Source: an uncultured virus (IMG/VR IMGVR_UViG_3300043434_000674) (Duplodnaviria; Heunggongvirae; Uroviricota; Caudoviricetes). From it: a DNA stretch of 64,000 nucleotides. The notes beneath the pieces were generated by a model. The model did no database searches. It was not told the DNA's origin and worked only from the letters and a program-made list of their open reading frames with translations. The stretch lies in the IMG/VR virus record IMGVR_UViG_3300043434_000674. One strand, 5' to 3'. The position numbers and the translations under genes were made by a program. Positions 9,089-18,891 of this stretch are shown here, piece by piece. Position 1 is the stretch's first letter. Each line of letters begins with the position of its first letter.

Positions 9089-9919
9089 ATGGCATTAGAC
9101 ATTAACGCAATTAGAGGTAGACTAAACAAACTACAAAACACACAAAAGAAATCGGATGCATTATGGAAACCAACTCCTGGCAAACATCAAGTCCGAATCG
9201 TTCCTTACAAGTTCAACAAAGATAATCCATTTATCGAACTTTATTTCCATTACAACGTAAATAACAAAACCTATCTTTCACCAATTTCATTTGGAAGACC
9301 TGACCCTATCGTAGAGTTTGCTGACAAATTGAAACGTATGGGTGATAAGGAAGATTGGAAAGCAGCAAAGGCAATGGAGCCTAAGTTGAGAACCTTCGTT
9401 CCTGTCATCGTTAGAGGTGAAGAAGGTGAAGGTATTCGTTTTTGGGGATTTGGTAAGACAGTTTATCAAGAAATCTTAGGATACATCGCAGATCCTGATT
9501 ATGGTGATATTACTGACCCAATCGAAGGTAGAGATTTAACGGTTGAATATGTATCAGCAGAAGATGCAGGAACATCTTATCCAACAACTACATTAAGAGT
9601 TAAACCAAACCAAACACCAATTTCAGAAGATTCTGCAAGAGCAACTGATTTCATTGAAAATCAAACTGCAATTACTGAATTGTATCAAGAGTTATCTTAT
9701 GATGAATTGAAAGGTGTATTGGAAAGTTGGTTAAATCCATCTGCCGCAGGTGAAACATCATCTGAACCAAAATCAGTTAGTCAAGAAGCAATTGCACCAA
9801 AACAATCTCAACAATCAGTTGATTTAGGTGGTTCAGTTGAAACTCCGAAATCTGCACCAGCAGTTTCACAGACTACATCTGATGTTGAAGCAGCATTCGA
9901 TGATTTATTTAACTCATAA
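9089..9919 (+). CDS. Single-stranded DNA-binding protein (T4 gp32-like)
   Basis: LWKP..G...VRIVPY, FWGFGKTVY, DITDP..GRDL, acidic tail EAAFDDLFNS; sits before recA. Confidence 0.85.
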   Translation: MALDINAIRGRLNKLQNTQKKSDALWKPTPGKHQVRIVPYKFNKDNPFIELYFHYNVNNKTYLSPISFGRPDPIVEFADKLKRMGDKEDWKAAKAMEPKLRTFVPVIVRGEEGEGIRFWGFGKTVYQEILGYIADPDYGDITDPIEGRDLTVEYVSAEDAGTSYPTTTLRVKPNQTPISEDSARATDFIENQTAITELYQELSYDELKGVLESWLNPSAAGETSSEPKSVSQEAIAPKQSQQSVDLGGSVETPKSAPAVSQTTSDVEAAFDDLFNS

Positions 9920-9932
9920 TTAAAACCATTTT

Positions 9933-11057
9933 ATGGCAAAGAAAGAAGAATTGGATTTAGCCGATATCCTAGCTGGTGAGCTAAATAAACAATCAAAAGA
10001 CCAAAAGGTAGCATTCTTTTTGGATGATGATTCAACCCCTACAAACGTTGAGGGTTGGGTATCAACCGGATGTGCAATGTTAGATGTAGCGATTTCAAAT
10101 CGTCCTTATGGTGGTTTGCCAGTAGGTAGAATTGTTGAAGTTACGGGATTAGAACAAAGTGGTAAATCATTACTATCAGCCCACTTACTTGCGGAAACGC
10201 AGAAACAAGGTGGTGTTGCAGTATTGATTGATACAGAAACTGCAGTAAGTAGAGAATTTTTAGAAGCAATCGGTGTGGATGTGAAAAAATTACTTTATGT
10301 ATCAGCAGATTCAGTTGAACAAATCTTTGACTTTACCGAAACAATCATTGAGAAAGTTAGACAAACGGATAAAAATCGTTTGGTAACAATCGTAACCGAT
10401 TCAGTTGCAGCCGCATCAACAAAAACGGAGTTAGCAGCAGATTATGGTAAAGATGGTTATGCTACCGATAAAGCAATCATCATTTCGAAAGCGATGAGAA
10501 AGATTACTAATATGATTGGAAGACAGAAAATCTTATTAGTATATACCAACCAATTACGTCAAAAGATGAACGCAATGCCGTTCGGTGACCCATGGACAAC
10601 ATCTGGCGGTAAAGCCTTAGCATTCCACGCATCGGTAAGATTGCGTTTGAAAGGAATGGGACAGATTAAAGTTAAGACAGGAGGTCAAGACAGAATCGTT
10701 GGTATGAAAGTTAGAGCACAAGTTGTTAAAAACAGAATGGGTCCACCATTGAGAGCAGCAGATTTTGATATTTTCTTTGATAGAGGTATCGATAACTATG
10801 GTTCGTGGTTAACCGTAATGAAAGACAATAAGATTGTAAAACAAGCAGGTGCATGGTATGAATATACCGATACGGATACTGGAGAAGTTATTAAATTCCA
10901 ATCCAAAGATTTCATTGATTTGATGACAAATAGAGTTGATGTTAGAGAGCAAATTTATAAAAAGATTTGTGAAGAAACAATCTTACAATATAAATCAGAT
11001 ACATATGATGTTGAAGATATGGAAATAGAAACCTCAGGTCCTGGTATGGATGATTAA
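9933..11057 (+). CDS. recA: RecA/UvsX recombinase
   Basis: GLEQSGKS Walker A, IDTE, DSVAA, TNQLR, GGKALAFHASVRL, VVKNR. Confidence 0.95.
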   Translation: MAKKEELDLADILAGELNKQSKDQKVAFFLDDDSTPTNVEGWVSTGCAMLDVAISNRPYGGLPVGRIVEVTGLEQSGKSLLSAHLLAETQKQGGVAVLIDTETAVSREFLEAIGVDVKKLLYVSADSVEQIFDFTETIIEKVRQTDKNRLVTIVTDSVAAASTKTELAADYGKDGYATDKAIIISKAMRKITNMIGRQKILLVYTNQLRQKMNAMPFGDPWTTSGGKALAFHASVRLRLKGMGQIKVKTGGQDRIVGMKVRAQVVKNRMGPPLRAADFDIFFDRGIDNYGSWLTVMKDNKIVKQAGAWYEYTDTDTGEVIKFQSKDFIDLMTNRVDVREQIYKKICEETILQYKSDTYDVEDMEIETSGPGMDD

Positions 11058-11067
11058 AACAAATTAA

Positions 11068-12123
11068 ATGAAAGAACTATATAAAAATATTTTGAATTCG
11101 GTTGAACAAGAACGCAACCAAAATGTCAATAAACATAAGAACTCTAGGGTTCTTATTATTGATGGATTGAACACATTTATCAGATGCTGGTCATCCATTC
11201 CCACAATGAATGATGATGGTGATCACGTAGCAGGTGTAACTGGTGTTTTAAAATCAATTGGATATGCAATCAGACAAACACAACCGACAAGATGTATTAT
11301 AGTTTTTGATGGTAAAGGTGGTTCGCAAGAACGCAAGAAGAAGTTTAGTGGATATAAAGCAGATAGAGATAAGAACAAACTCCGAATAAATAGGCAATAT
11401 GCTGATTTTATGACAGAAGAAGATGAAAGAGAATCAATGAAACGCCAATTCGTTTGGTTAAATGAGATTCTTAATTATCTACCGGTTACAACTATGATTT
11501 ACGATGGAGTTGAAGCTGATGATGTTATGGCTTATATCACTACACAACTTTTAAAGGAAGATGAGCAGGCGGTAGTTATGTCAACTGATAAGGATTTCCT
11601 ACAATTAGTTGATGATAAGACTATCGTCTGGTCACCCACCAAAAAGAAAATTTACAATAGAAAGGCTATTAAAGAAGAATTTGGTATTGAATCTAAAAAC
11701 TTACTTCTTTATCGTGTATTAGATGGTGATAAATCAGATAATATTCCCGGAGTATATGGATGTGGTATTAAAACTCTTGTAAAGAGGTTTCCTGAGATGA
11801 CTGAGGATGTTAAATTATCAGTAGATGATTTGTTTAGACTATCCGAAGAAAAGAAGTTAGAATCGAAAGGTAAGATTAAATTATATAGTGATATATTAGA
11901 AGCAAAACCTCAAATTCTAATGAATCGAGAATTAATGCAATTAGCAGACCCAGATATTAGTGGAAGTATTAAGATGAATATTTTAGATAGATTTGGTGAA
12001 CCAATTAAACCTTTGAATAAAATAGATTTTCTTAAAATTTTGTTGAAATACAAAGTTGTCAACGCATTCGGCGATATAAACGATTGGTTGAAAATTACAT
12101 TCGGAAATATTATCACAGATTAA
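11068..12123 (+). CDS. 5'-3' exonuclease / flap endonuclease (T4 RNase H-like)
   Basis: LIIDG, VFDG, YKADR, EADD, STDKD, GDKSDNIPGV. Confidence 0.9.
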   Translation: MKELYKNILNSVEQERNQNVNKHKNSRVLIIDGLNTFIRCWSSIPTMNDDGDHVAGVTGVLKSIGYAIRQTQPTRCIIVFDGKGGSQERKKKFSGYKADRDKNKLRINRQYADFMTEEDERESMKRQFVWLNEILNYLPVTTMIYDGVEADDVMAYITTQLLKEDEQAVVMSTDKDFLQLVDDKTIVWSPTKKKIYNRKAIKEEFGIESKNLLLYRVLDGDKSDNIPGVYGCGIKTLVKRFPEMTEDVKLSVDDLFRLSEEKKLESKGKIKLYSDILEAKPQILMNRELMQLADPDISGSIKMNILDRFGEPIKPLNKIDFLKILLKYKVVNAFGDINDWLKITFGNIITD

Positions 12124-12127
12124 AAAT

Positions 12128-12400
12128 ATGAAAGTCAATTTAGAAACGATTTTAGAATTGGCAAGTGAATGTCATTCTTTAAAACCAATTGGATTAGATG
12201 ATAATCCTCATGGATATGATTCTGCTATAATTGGAATAACTGATGAGGGTAATTTAGTTTATTCTAAAGAATTAATGGTTGATATTTCTACAAAGGTAGA
12301 ACAAATGACAGCCGAAGAAGCATGGGAATATTTAGAATTCAATGTGTTTTGTGCATATTTAGGTGAACTAACCCCAATCTACATAAATCAGTATATATAA
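12128..12400 (+). CDS. Hypothetical phage protein
   Basis: 90 aa; GYDSAIIG...EA.EYLEFNV. Confidence 0.7.
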   Translation: MKVNLETILELASECHSLKPIGLDDNPHGYDSAIIGITDEGNLVYSKELMVDISTKVEQMTAEEAWEYLEFNVFCAYLGELTPIYINQYI

Positions 12401-12402
12401 AA

Positions 12403-12435
12403 TTTGGAATTACCAAATTTATTTCGTATCTTTAT
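12403..12435 (+). promoter_or_regulatory. Bacteroidota-type promoter
   Basis: TTTGGAATTACCAAATTTATTTCGTATCTTTAT. Confidence 0.75.
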
Positions 12436-12462
12436 ACGAATAATAAAAAAGTTATAGAATAA

Positions 12463-13821
12463 ATGCAAGAAGTAGATACTTTATCAAAATATGGTCAATC
12501 TTTCCAAAGTAAGGTTATTTCTGCACTCATTACTGATAATAAGTTTTTAGATACCGTTGCTGAAATCACAACTCAAAAGTTTTTTGAAAGTGAAGCAAAC
12601 AAATGGATTATATCTGAAATATTAGATTATCATTCAGAGTATAGAAAAGCACCAACATTGGATGTATTTAAGGTTCAGTTATCAAAAGTTGATAATGATA
12701 TCTTAAAGAAGACGGTAGTTGACCAATTAAAACATATTTGGACACAAGTTGGTAATGCAGATTTAGAATACATTAAAAGTGAATTTTCTGATTTCTGTAT
12801 TAACCAAAATTTAAAGGGAGTAATCCTACAATCAGTTGATTTATTAAAAGCAGGTTCTTATGATAAAATCAAAGATTTAGTTGATAAGGCCTTAAAAGTT
12901 GGAGTTGAAAACAATTTGGGTCACGATTATATTTTAGATTTTGATGAACGTTCAATTGATGTAAAGAGAGATACTGTCCCAACTGACTGGGAACCTGTTA
13001 CCGAACTTATGGATGGTGGATTAGGACCGGGTGAATTGGGAGTAGTAGTTGCACCATCGGGTGTTGGTAAGACTTGGATTTTAACTGCATTAGGTGCATC
13101 CGCCGTAAAACGTGGATTGAGTGTGGTTCATTATACGATGGAATTATCAGAACACTATGTAGGTGCACGATACGATACTGTCTTTACACATATCCCATCT
13201 GCAGATTTAAAACAACGAACCGAAGAAGTCAAACATAAGATTGGTGGTTTAAAAGGACAATTACTTATTAAGTATTATCCACCAAAGGGTGTAACGGTAA
13301 AGAAATTACAGGCACACATTGAGAAAATGGTTTCATTGGGTAATAAACCTGATTTGATTATTGTAGATTACGCAGATTTACTTCTTTCACATTCATCCAA
13401 AAATGATTCAACATATGCAGAACAAGGTGGTGTGTATATTGATTTAAGAGGTATGGGTGGTGAATTGGGTATTCCTATCTGGACTGCATCTCAAACCAAT
13501 CGTTCGGCAATCGATAGTGAAGTTATTGAAGCAGATAAGATTGCTGATTCATATGCAAAAGTAATGAACGCAGATTTCATTATGAGTTGGAGTAGAAAAT
13601 CGAAAGATAAATTAAATAACACTGCTCGTTGTCACATTATGAAAAACCGATTCGGACAAGATGGAATTACATTCCCTTGTAAGATGGATACTAACACTGG
13701 GTTTATTGAAGTTTATGAAGGAAATACTCCAGATGGAATTCTTGCACAAAAAGAATCTGCAAGTGGTCAATTAGTTCAAAAACAATTACTACATAAAAAA
13801 TATGTAGAGAATATGGGATAA
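12463..13821 (+). CDS. Replicative DNA helicase (DnaB / T4 gp41-like)
   Basis: APSGVGKT, YTMELS, IVDYADL, WTASQTNR, KNRFG. Confidence 0.92.
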   Translation: MQEVDTLSKYGQSFQSKVISALITDNKFLDTVAEITTQKFFESEANKWIISEILDYHSEYRKAPTLDVFKVQLSKVDNDILKKTVVDQLKHIWTQVGNADLEYIKSEFSDFCINQNLKGVILQSVDLLKAGSYDKIKDLVDKALKVGVENNLGHDYILDFDERSIDVKRDTVPTDWEPVTELMDGGLGPGELGVVVAPSGVGKTWILTALGASAVKRGLSVVHYTMELSEHYVGARYDTVFTHIPSADLKQRTEEVKHKIGGLKGQLLIKYYPPKGVTVKKLQAHIEKMVSLGNKPDLIIVDYADLLLSHSSKNDSTYAEQGGVYIDLRGMGGELGIPIWTASQTNRSAIDSEVIEADKIADSYAKVMNADFIMSWSRKSKDKLNNTARCHIMKNRFGQDGITFPCKMDTNTGFIEVYEGNTPDGILAQKESASGQLVQKQLLHKKYVENMG

Positions 13822-14873
13822 TGATAAACTATAATTCTTTTAATAAATTTGTAGAATATGACCAATTAGATTTGGATTATTATAAGGTTACCCAAAATGT
13901 TTTTAGTATAACGGATGTTGATTCTGCATTAGAAATTATATTCCAATATCACCGAAAACGTGGGTTTCCTCATTATAATATTCCATCTCATAAAAGATTA
14001 GATGTATTAAACGGATTACGAAATTTCGATGAACAAGCTTTATTACGTGATGGGAAGATAGATCAAACCATGCATGGGTTATCTCTTGCTTGGACATATT
14101 TTCCACATTGGGTAGAAGTTGAATGTGGTAACAATAAAATGAAACCTATTCAGTATTGGGAAGATGATACAAAATTAAAAGAAATTATTCGTAAAACGTG
14201 GGATTGGCAAATCAAACATGGTAATGGTTCATTTACCTTAAATCGATTAAGACAAAACTTTAAGATTTATGGTGGTAATCAATCAGTATCTAATTTTAGA
14301 CCATCAGCAGCAAAATATATCTACAATACCTACGGAAACGAAGGTGTAGTTTGGGATATGAGTTGTGGATGGGGTGGTAGGTTGATAGGATTCCTCTCCA
14401 GTAGATGTAAAAGATATATTGGAACAGAACCCTCAACTAAAACATATAATGGATTACAGAGGTTAAATGGGGAGTTAAACGATGGTAAATCAGTAGAGTT
14501 GCATCAGTTAGGTTCGGAAGTATTCAAACCAGATGAAAATTCATTAGATTTGTGTTTTACATCACCTCCATATTTTGATACTGAAAAGTATTCCGATGAG
14601 GATACTCAATCTTATATAAAATATCCATCGGAATCTGAATGGACTGATGGATTTTTAAAAGATACAATTTCAAATTGTTTTTTTGGTTTGAAACCAGGAG
14701 GTAAAATGTTGTTAAATATTGCAAATACTCCTAAATATAAAACCATCGAATCTGAAACTATAAGAGTTTCAACCGAAGTTGGGTTCAAACACATCGATAC
14801 AATTTATCTGATACTTTCATCAGTTTCGGGTAAAGGTGAGAAGTTAGAACCTATCTTTGTATTTCAAAAATAA
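13821..14873 (+). CDS. Amino-methyltransferase-like protein (SPPY type), paralog 1
   Basis: SAM motif WDMSCGWGGR, catalytic FTSPPYF, C-terminal EPIFVF. Confidence 0.8.
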   Translation: MINYNSFNKFVEYDQLDLDYYKVTQNVFSITDVDSALEIIFQYHRKRGFPHYNIPSHKRLDVLNGLRNFDEQALLRDGKIDQTMHGLSLAWTYFPHWVEVECGNNKMKPIQYWEDDTKLKEIIRKTWDWQIKHGNGSFTLNRLRQNFKIYGGNQSVSNFRPSAAKYIYNTYGNEGVVWDMSCGWGGRLIGFLSSRCKRYIGTEPSTKTYNGLQRLNGELNDGKSVELHQLGSEVFKPDENSLDLCFTSPPYFDTEKYSDEDTQSYIKYPSESEWTDGFLKDTISNCFFGLKPGGKMLLNIANTPKYKTIESETIRVSTEVGFKHIDTIYLILSSVSGKGEKLEPIFVFQK

Positions 14874-15049
14874 AACCACTATATCAAAAAATTATTACAC
14901 TTAAAATAAAAATTGAGTATAATGTAGAACAATGAAAAAATGAAAAAAAACTTTAAAATTTTAATTCCGTTTTTCAATATATACAATAGTTATACTCACC
15001 AACACAACAAAGTGTTGTAACAAATGTTTAACTTAACTAAATAAATTTT

Positions 15050-15220
15050 ATGGCAAATTCAAATGAATTATTCGAACAAATGAAAGAATTATTTTCACAA
15101 TTCGAAACAGAACACAACGGAACAACAAAAGCAGCTAAATCAAGAGCAAGAAAAGCAATTGGTGAGTTGAAAAAATTAGTAACAGAATACAGAAAAGTAT
15201 CAGTAGAAGAAGCAAAATAA
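15050..15220 (+). CDS. Histone H1-like Hc1-family protein (56 aa; not in the ORF track)
   Basis: MANSNELFEQMKELFSQFETEHNGTTKAAKSRARKAIGELKKLVTEYRKVSVEEAK; KAAxxRARK...L.K...EYRK.S as in small Bacteroidota Hc1 proteins. Confidence 0.8.
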   Translation: MANSNELFEQMKELFSQFETEHNGTTKAAKSRARKAIGELKKLVTEYRKVSVEEAK

Positions 15221-15234
15221 GTTAAACGAGTCAT

Positions 15235-16230
15235 ATGAGCATACTATTCAAAGAAAGAATTCCTTACAAACCATTCGAATTTCCAATTTACTATACTGAA
15301 GGTTGGTTAAAACAAGCCCAAGCGTTTTGGTTGCATACCGAAATATCTATGCAAGGTGATGTTAAAGATTGGAATGAACACCTAACTGAATCTGAAAAAC
15401 ATTTAGTTGGTAATATTCTTTTGGGATTTGCTCAAACCGAATGTGCCGTTAGTGATTATTGGACTGGGATGGTTACCAAATGGTTTCCAAAGCATGAAAT
15501 AAAACAAATGGCAATGATGTTTGGTTCTCAAGAAACTATTCATGCTACTGCATATTCTTATTTAAATGAAACTTTGGGATTGGATGATTTCTCTGCATTC
15601 TTGCACGAACCTGCAACTGCAGAGAAATTCAATCTACTAACTAACACCACTGCAGATTGGACACCAAATGATTTGGATACTAATCATAATGCAAGAGTTG
15701 AAGTTGCTAGAAGTTTAGCAATATTCTCTGCATTTTCTGAAGGTGTATCACTTTATTCATCATTCGCAGTTCTTTACTCATTCCAAATGAGAAACCTATT
15801 AAAAGGTATTGGACAACAAATGAAGTGGAGTGTTAGAGATGAATCACTTCATAGTAAGATGGGATGTCAATTATTCAGACATATGTGTGAAGAATTTCCA
15901 GAATTATTAGATGAAGCAAAAGAATCAGTTCACAAAGCAGCTGAGTTAATCATGCATTTAGAATTTGATTTCATTGATAAAATGTTTGAAATGGGAGATT
16001 TAGAAAATCTTAAAAAAGATGATTTAAAGAATTTCATCATTCAACGAATCAATGAAAAAATGGCTGAATTGGGTTATGCAGGTGATTTTGAATACAATAA
16101 GAAAAAAGCAGAAAATTTAGATTGGTTCTACCACTTAACGGGTGGAACGACCCACACCGATTTCTTCGCAGTTAGACCTACGGATTATTCAAAAGCAGGT
16201 GAAGGCGAAGATTGGGGTGATATTTTTTAA
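15235..16230 (+). CDS. nrdB: Class I ribonucleotide reductase beta subunit
   Basis: FWLHTE, ETIHATAY, EGVSLYSSF, RDESLH, DFFAVRPTDY. Confidence 0.93.
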   Translation: MSILFKERIPYKPFEFPIYYTEGWLKQAQAFWLHTEISMQGDVKDWNEHLTESEKHLVGNILLGFAQTECAVSDYWTGMVTKWFPKHEIKQMAMMFGSQETIHATAYSYLNETLGLDDFSAFLHEPATAEKFNLLTNTTADWTPNDLDTNHNARVEVARSLAIFSAFSEGVSLYSSFAVLYSFQMRNLLKGIGQQMKWSVRDESLHSKMGCQLFRHMCEEFPELLDEAKESVHKAAELIMHLEFDFIDKMFEMGDLENLKKDDLKNFIIQRINEKMAELGYAGDFEYNKKKAENLDWFYHLTGGTTHTDFFAVRPTDYSKAGEGEDWGDIF

Positions 16231-16248
16231 ACAACAAAATAGGTTACA

Positions 16249-16590
16249 ATGACGGAATTAGAATTTCCCACAGAACAACCATCAATTTCATTTGATATTT
16301 TAATTGATAATGTAGTTGGTTGGGCAGATGATAAAAACATCTTAAAAAAAGAAAATGCACCAAAACAAATGTTAAAGGTGATTGAGGAGTTGGGTGAAAC
16401 CGCAGGTGCGATAGCAAAATCAAAAGAATCAGAAATTAAAGATGGAATTGGTGATACGTTTGTAACACTAATCATTCTAGCAAAACAATTAGGGTTAGAC
16501 CCTGCAGATTGTTTAAATACTGCGTGGAATGAAATTAAAGATAGAACGGGAAAGACCGTTAATGGTGTTTTCGTAAAAGAGGAAAAATAA
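16249..16590 (+). CDS. MazG-like nucleotide pyrophosphatase
   Basis: KVIEELGE...DGIGD...EIKDRTG. Confidence 0.85.
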   Translation: MTELEFPTEQPSISFDILIDNVVGWADDKNILKKENAPKQMLKVIEELGETAGAIAKSKESEIKDGIGDTFVTLIILAKQLGLDPADCLNTAWNEIKDRTGKTVNGVFVKEEK

Positions 16591-16594
16591 TAAA

Positions 16595-18379
16595 ATGGCA
16601 GTTAAAAACTACGGAGAAGAATTAGGTTGGGAATTAGATGTTGATTTTCCATCATGGGGTAATACAGAGATATATGTAAAAACTATATCTAAAGGATATT
16701 TACTTGCAGGTGAAAAACCAAAAGATGCATATTGGAGAGTTGCTACAAAAGTTGCTCAACGTTTGAACAAACCACAACTTGCTACAAAGTTTTTTGATTA
16801 CATTTGGAAAGGATGGTTAAATCTTGCAACTCCGGTATTATCAAATACTGGTACTGATAGAGGTTTACCCATTTCTTGTTTTGGTATAGATGTTGCAGAT
16901 TCCATTTTTGATATTGGTTCTAAGAACTTAGAATTGATGTTACTTGCAAAACATGGAGGTGGGGTTGGTATTGGTATTAACCAAATCAGACCTGCAGGTG
17001 CAACTATTACCGGTAATGGAACATCCGATGGTGTAGTTCCATTTGCTAAAATATATGATTCTACTATTCTTGCAACAAATCAAGGTTCAGTAAGAAGAGG
17101 AGCAGCATCAGTAAACTTAAACATTGAACATAAAGATTTTGAGGATTGGTTGGAAATCAGAGAACCGAAAGGTGATGTGAATCGTCAATCACTTAATTTA
17201 CATCAATGTGCAGTTATTGGTGATAAGTTTATGAGAAAACTACAAGATGGTGACGAAGTTGCTCGTAGAAAATGGGGTAAATTACTTCAGAAACGAAAAG
17301 CAACAGGAGAACCTTATATTTTCTTTAAGGGTAATGTAAATAAACAAAACCCAGAATCATATAAACAAAATGGTTTAAAAGTATTTATGACGAACATTTG
17401 TTCTGAAATTACTTTACACACCGATGAATCACATTCATTTGTTTGTTGTTTATCATCATTGAATTTGGCTAAATACGATGAGTGGAAAGATACTGATTTA
17501 GTATATACTGCAACTTGGTTTTTAGATGGAGTTCTTTCTGAATTTATTCAAAAGGCAAAAGGATTAAGAGGATTCGAAAATTCAGTTCGTTCTGCTGAAA
17601 AAGGTAGAGCATTAGGATTGGGTGTATTAGGATGGCATACCTATTTACAACAAAGAGGTATTCCGTTTGAAGGTATGGTTGCTCAATTTGAAACTCGTAA
17701 GATTTTCTCTCAATTAAAAATTGAATCTGAAAGAGCAAGTAGAGATATGGCAACTGAATACGGAGAACCACTATGGTGTAAAGATACCGGATTTAGAAAC
17801 ACACACCTTCGTGCAATTGCACCAACGGTTTCAAATTCTAAATTAAGTGGTGATGTATCTGCCGGAATCGAGCCATGGGCAGCAAATGTATTTACCGAAC
17901 AAACATCAAAGGGAACATTCATCCGTAGAAATGGTGAATTGGAAAGAGTATTAAGAAAAATTGGATTGAACACTAAAGAAGTATGGGATAAAATCCTTGC
18001 AGATGGTGGTTCTATTCAGGATATTAGTGAATTAGACCAATGGTGTTTCCTAAATGGTAAAGTAGTTAAATGTGATGAAGTTGCAATCGAAGATTCGGCT
18101 AAAACATTTAGAGTAAAGGATGTATTCAAAACATTCAAAGAAATTAATCAACTAGATTTAGTAAGACAAGCAGGAATTAGACAACAATATATTGACCAAT
18201 CAGTTTCATTAAACTTAGCATTTCCTGCAACAGCAGAACCTAAGTGGATTAACCAAGTAACATTAGAAGCTTGGAAACAAGGTGTTAAAACTTTGTATTA
18301 TATGAGAACTGAATCAGTATTGAGAGGTGATATAGCAGCAAAGGCTATGGATCCTGAATGTCTTTCATGCGATGGATAA
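16595..18379 (+). CDS. nrdA: Class I ribonucleotide reductase alpha subunit (short, no ATP cone)
   Basis: ATPVLSN, ISCF, TNICSEI, AIAPT, KTLYY, C-terminal CLSCDG. Confidence 0.93.
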   Translation: MAVKNYGEELGWELDVDFPSWGNTEIYVKTISKGYLLAGEKPKDAYWRVATKVAQRLNKPQLATKFFDYIWKGWLNLATPVLSNTGTDRGLPISCFGIDVADSIFDIGSKNLELMLLAKHGGGVGIGINQIRPAGATITGNGTSDGVVPFAKIYDSTILATNQGSVRRGAASVNLNIEHKDFEDWLEIREPKGDVNRQSLNLHQCAVIGDKFMRKLQDGDEVARRKWGKLLQKRKATGEPYIFFKGNVNKQNPESYKQNGLKVFMTNICSEITLHTDESHSFVCCLSSLNLAKYDEWKDTDLVYTATWFLDGVLSEFIQKAKGLRGFENSVRSAEKGRALGLGVLGWHTYLQQRGIPFEGMVAQFETRKIFSQLKIESERASRDMATEYGEPLWCKDTGFRNTHLRAIAPTVSNSKLSGDVSAGIEPWAANVFTEQTSKGTFIRRNGELERVLRKIGLNTKEVWDKILADGGSIQDISELDQWCFLNGKVVKCDEVAIEDSAKTFRVKDVFKTFKEINQLDLVRQAGIRQQYIDQSVSLNLAFPATAEPKWINQVTLEAWKQGVKTLYYMRTESVLRGDIAAKAMDPECLSCDG

Positions 18380-18404
18380 AATAAAAAAATAAGGAGAAAC
18401 GAAA

Positions 18405-18668
18405 ATGATTGAAGTAAAAAAATTCTCAGCAGCATGGTGTGGTCCATGTAGAGTATTGGCACCTATTATGGAAAATGTTAAATCAAAATTTAATAATATT
18501 AATTTTGAAAACATTGATGTAGATTCACAATTTGAAATAGCATCTAAATATTCAATCCGTTCCGTTCCTACGGTTATTGTTGAAAAAGATGGTGTTGAGA
18601 TTGGAAGATTTACCGGAGTGCAATCTGAAATGGCATATGTAAACGCATTAAATGAGTATAGCAAATAG
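18405..18668 (+). CDS. trxA: Thioredoxin
   Basis: WCGPC active site, SVPT. Confidence 0.92.
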   Translation: MIEVKKFSAAWCGPCRVLAPIMENVKSKFNNINFENIDVDSQFEIASKYSIRSVPTVIVEKDGVEIGRFTGVQSEMAYVNALNEYSK

Positions 18669-18834
18669 ACGTGGTGAGAATCATCCAAAAGCAAAACTTA
18701 CAAACGAACAAGTTAGGATAATAAGAGAACTCTATTCAAAAGGGTTCTCTACTAACGTCATTGCCCGAAATTTCAAAGTTTCCGTATGGAACATTGAAGA
18801 AATAGTGAAACGAAGAACATGGACACACATTTAA
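18652..18834 (+). CDS. Small HTH DNA-binding protein (like the C-terminal domain of HNH homing endonucleases)
   Basis: RGENHPKAKLT...IREL...IARNFKVS...RTWTHI. Confidence 0.65.
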   Translation: MSIANRRGENHPKAKLTNEQVRIIRELYSKGFSTNVIARNFKVSVWNIEEIVKRRTWTHI

Positions 18835-18867
18835 TTTGGAAATGTGAATTATTTTTCGTATATTTGT
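18835..18867 (+). promoter_or_regulatory. Bacteroidota-type promoter
   Basis: TTTGGAAATGTGAATTATTTTTCGTATATTTGT. Confidence 0.8.
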
Positions 18868-18891
18868 AAAATATAAAATAAATTAAAGGTT

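Noticed and set aside
15037..15234. Minus-strand 65-aa ORF in the gap before nrdB
   Set aside because: It is the antisense of the + strand Hc1-like gene at 15050-15220
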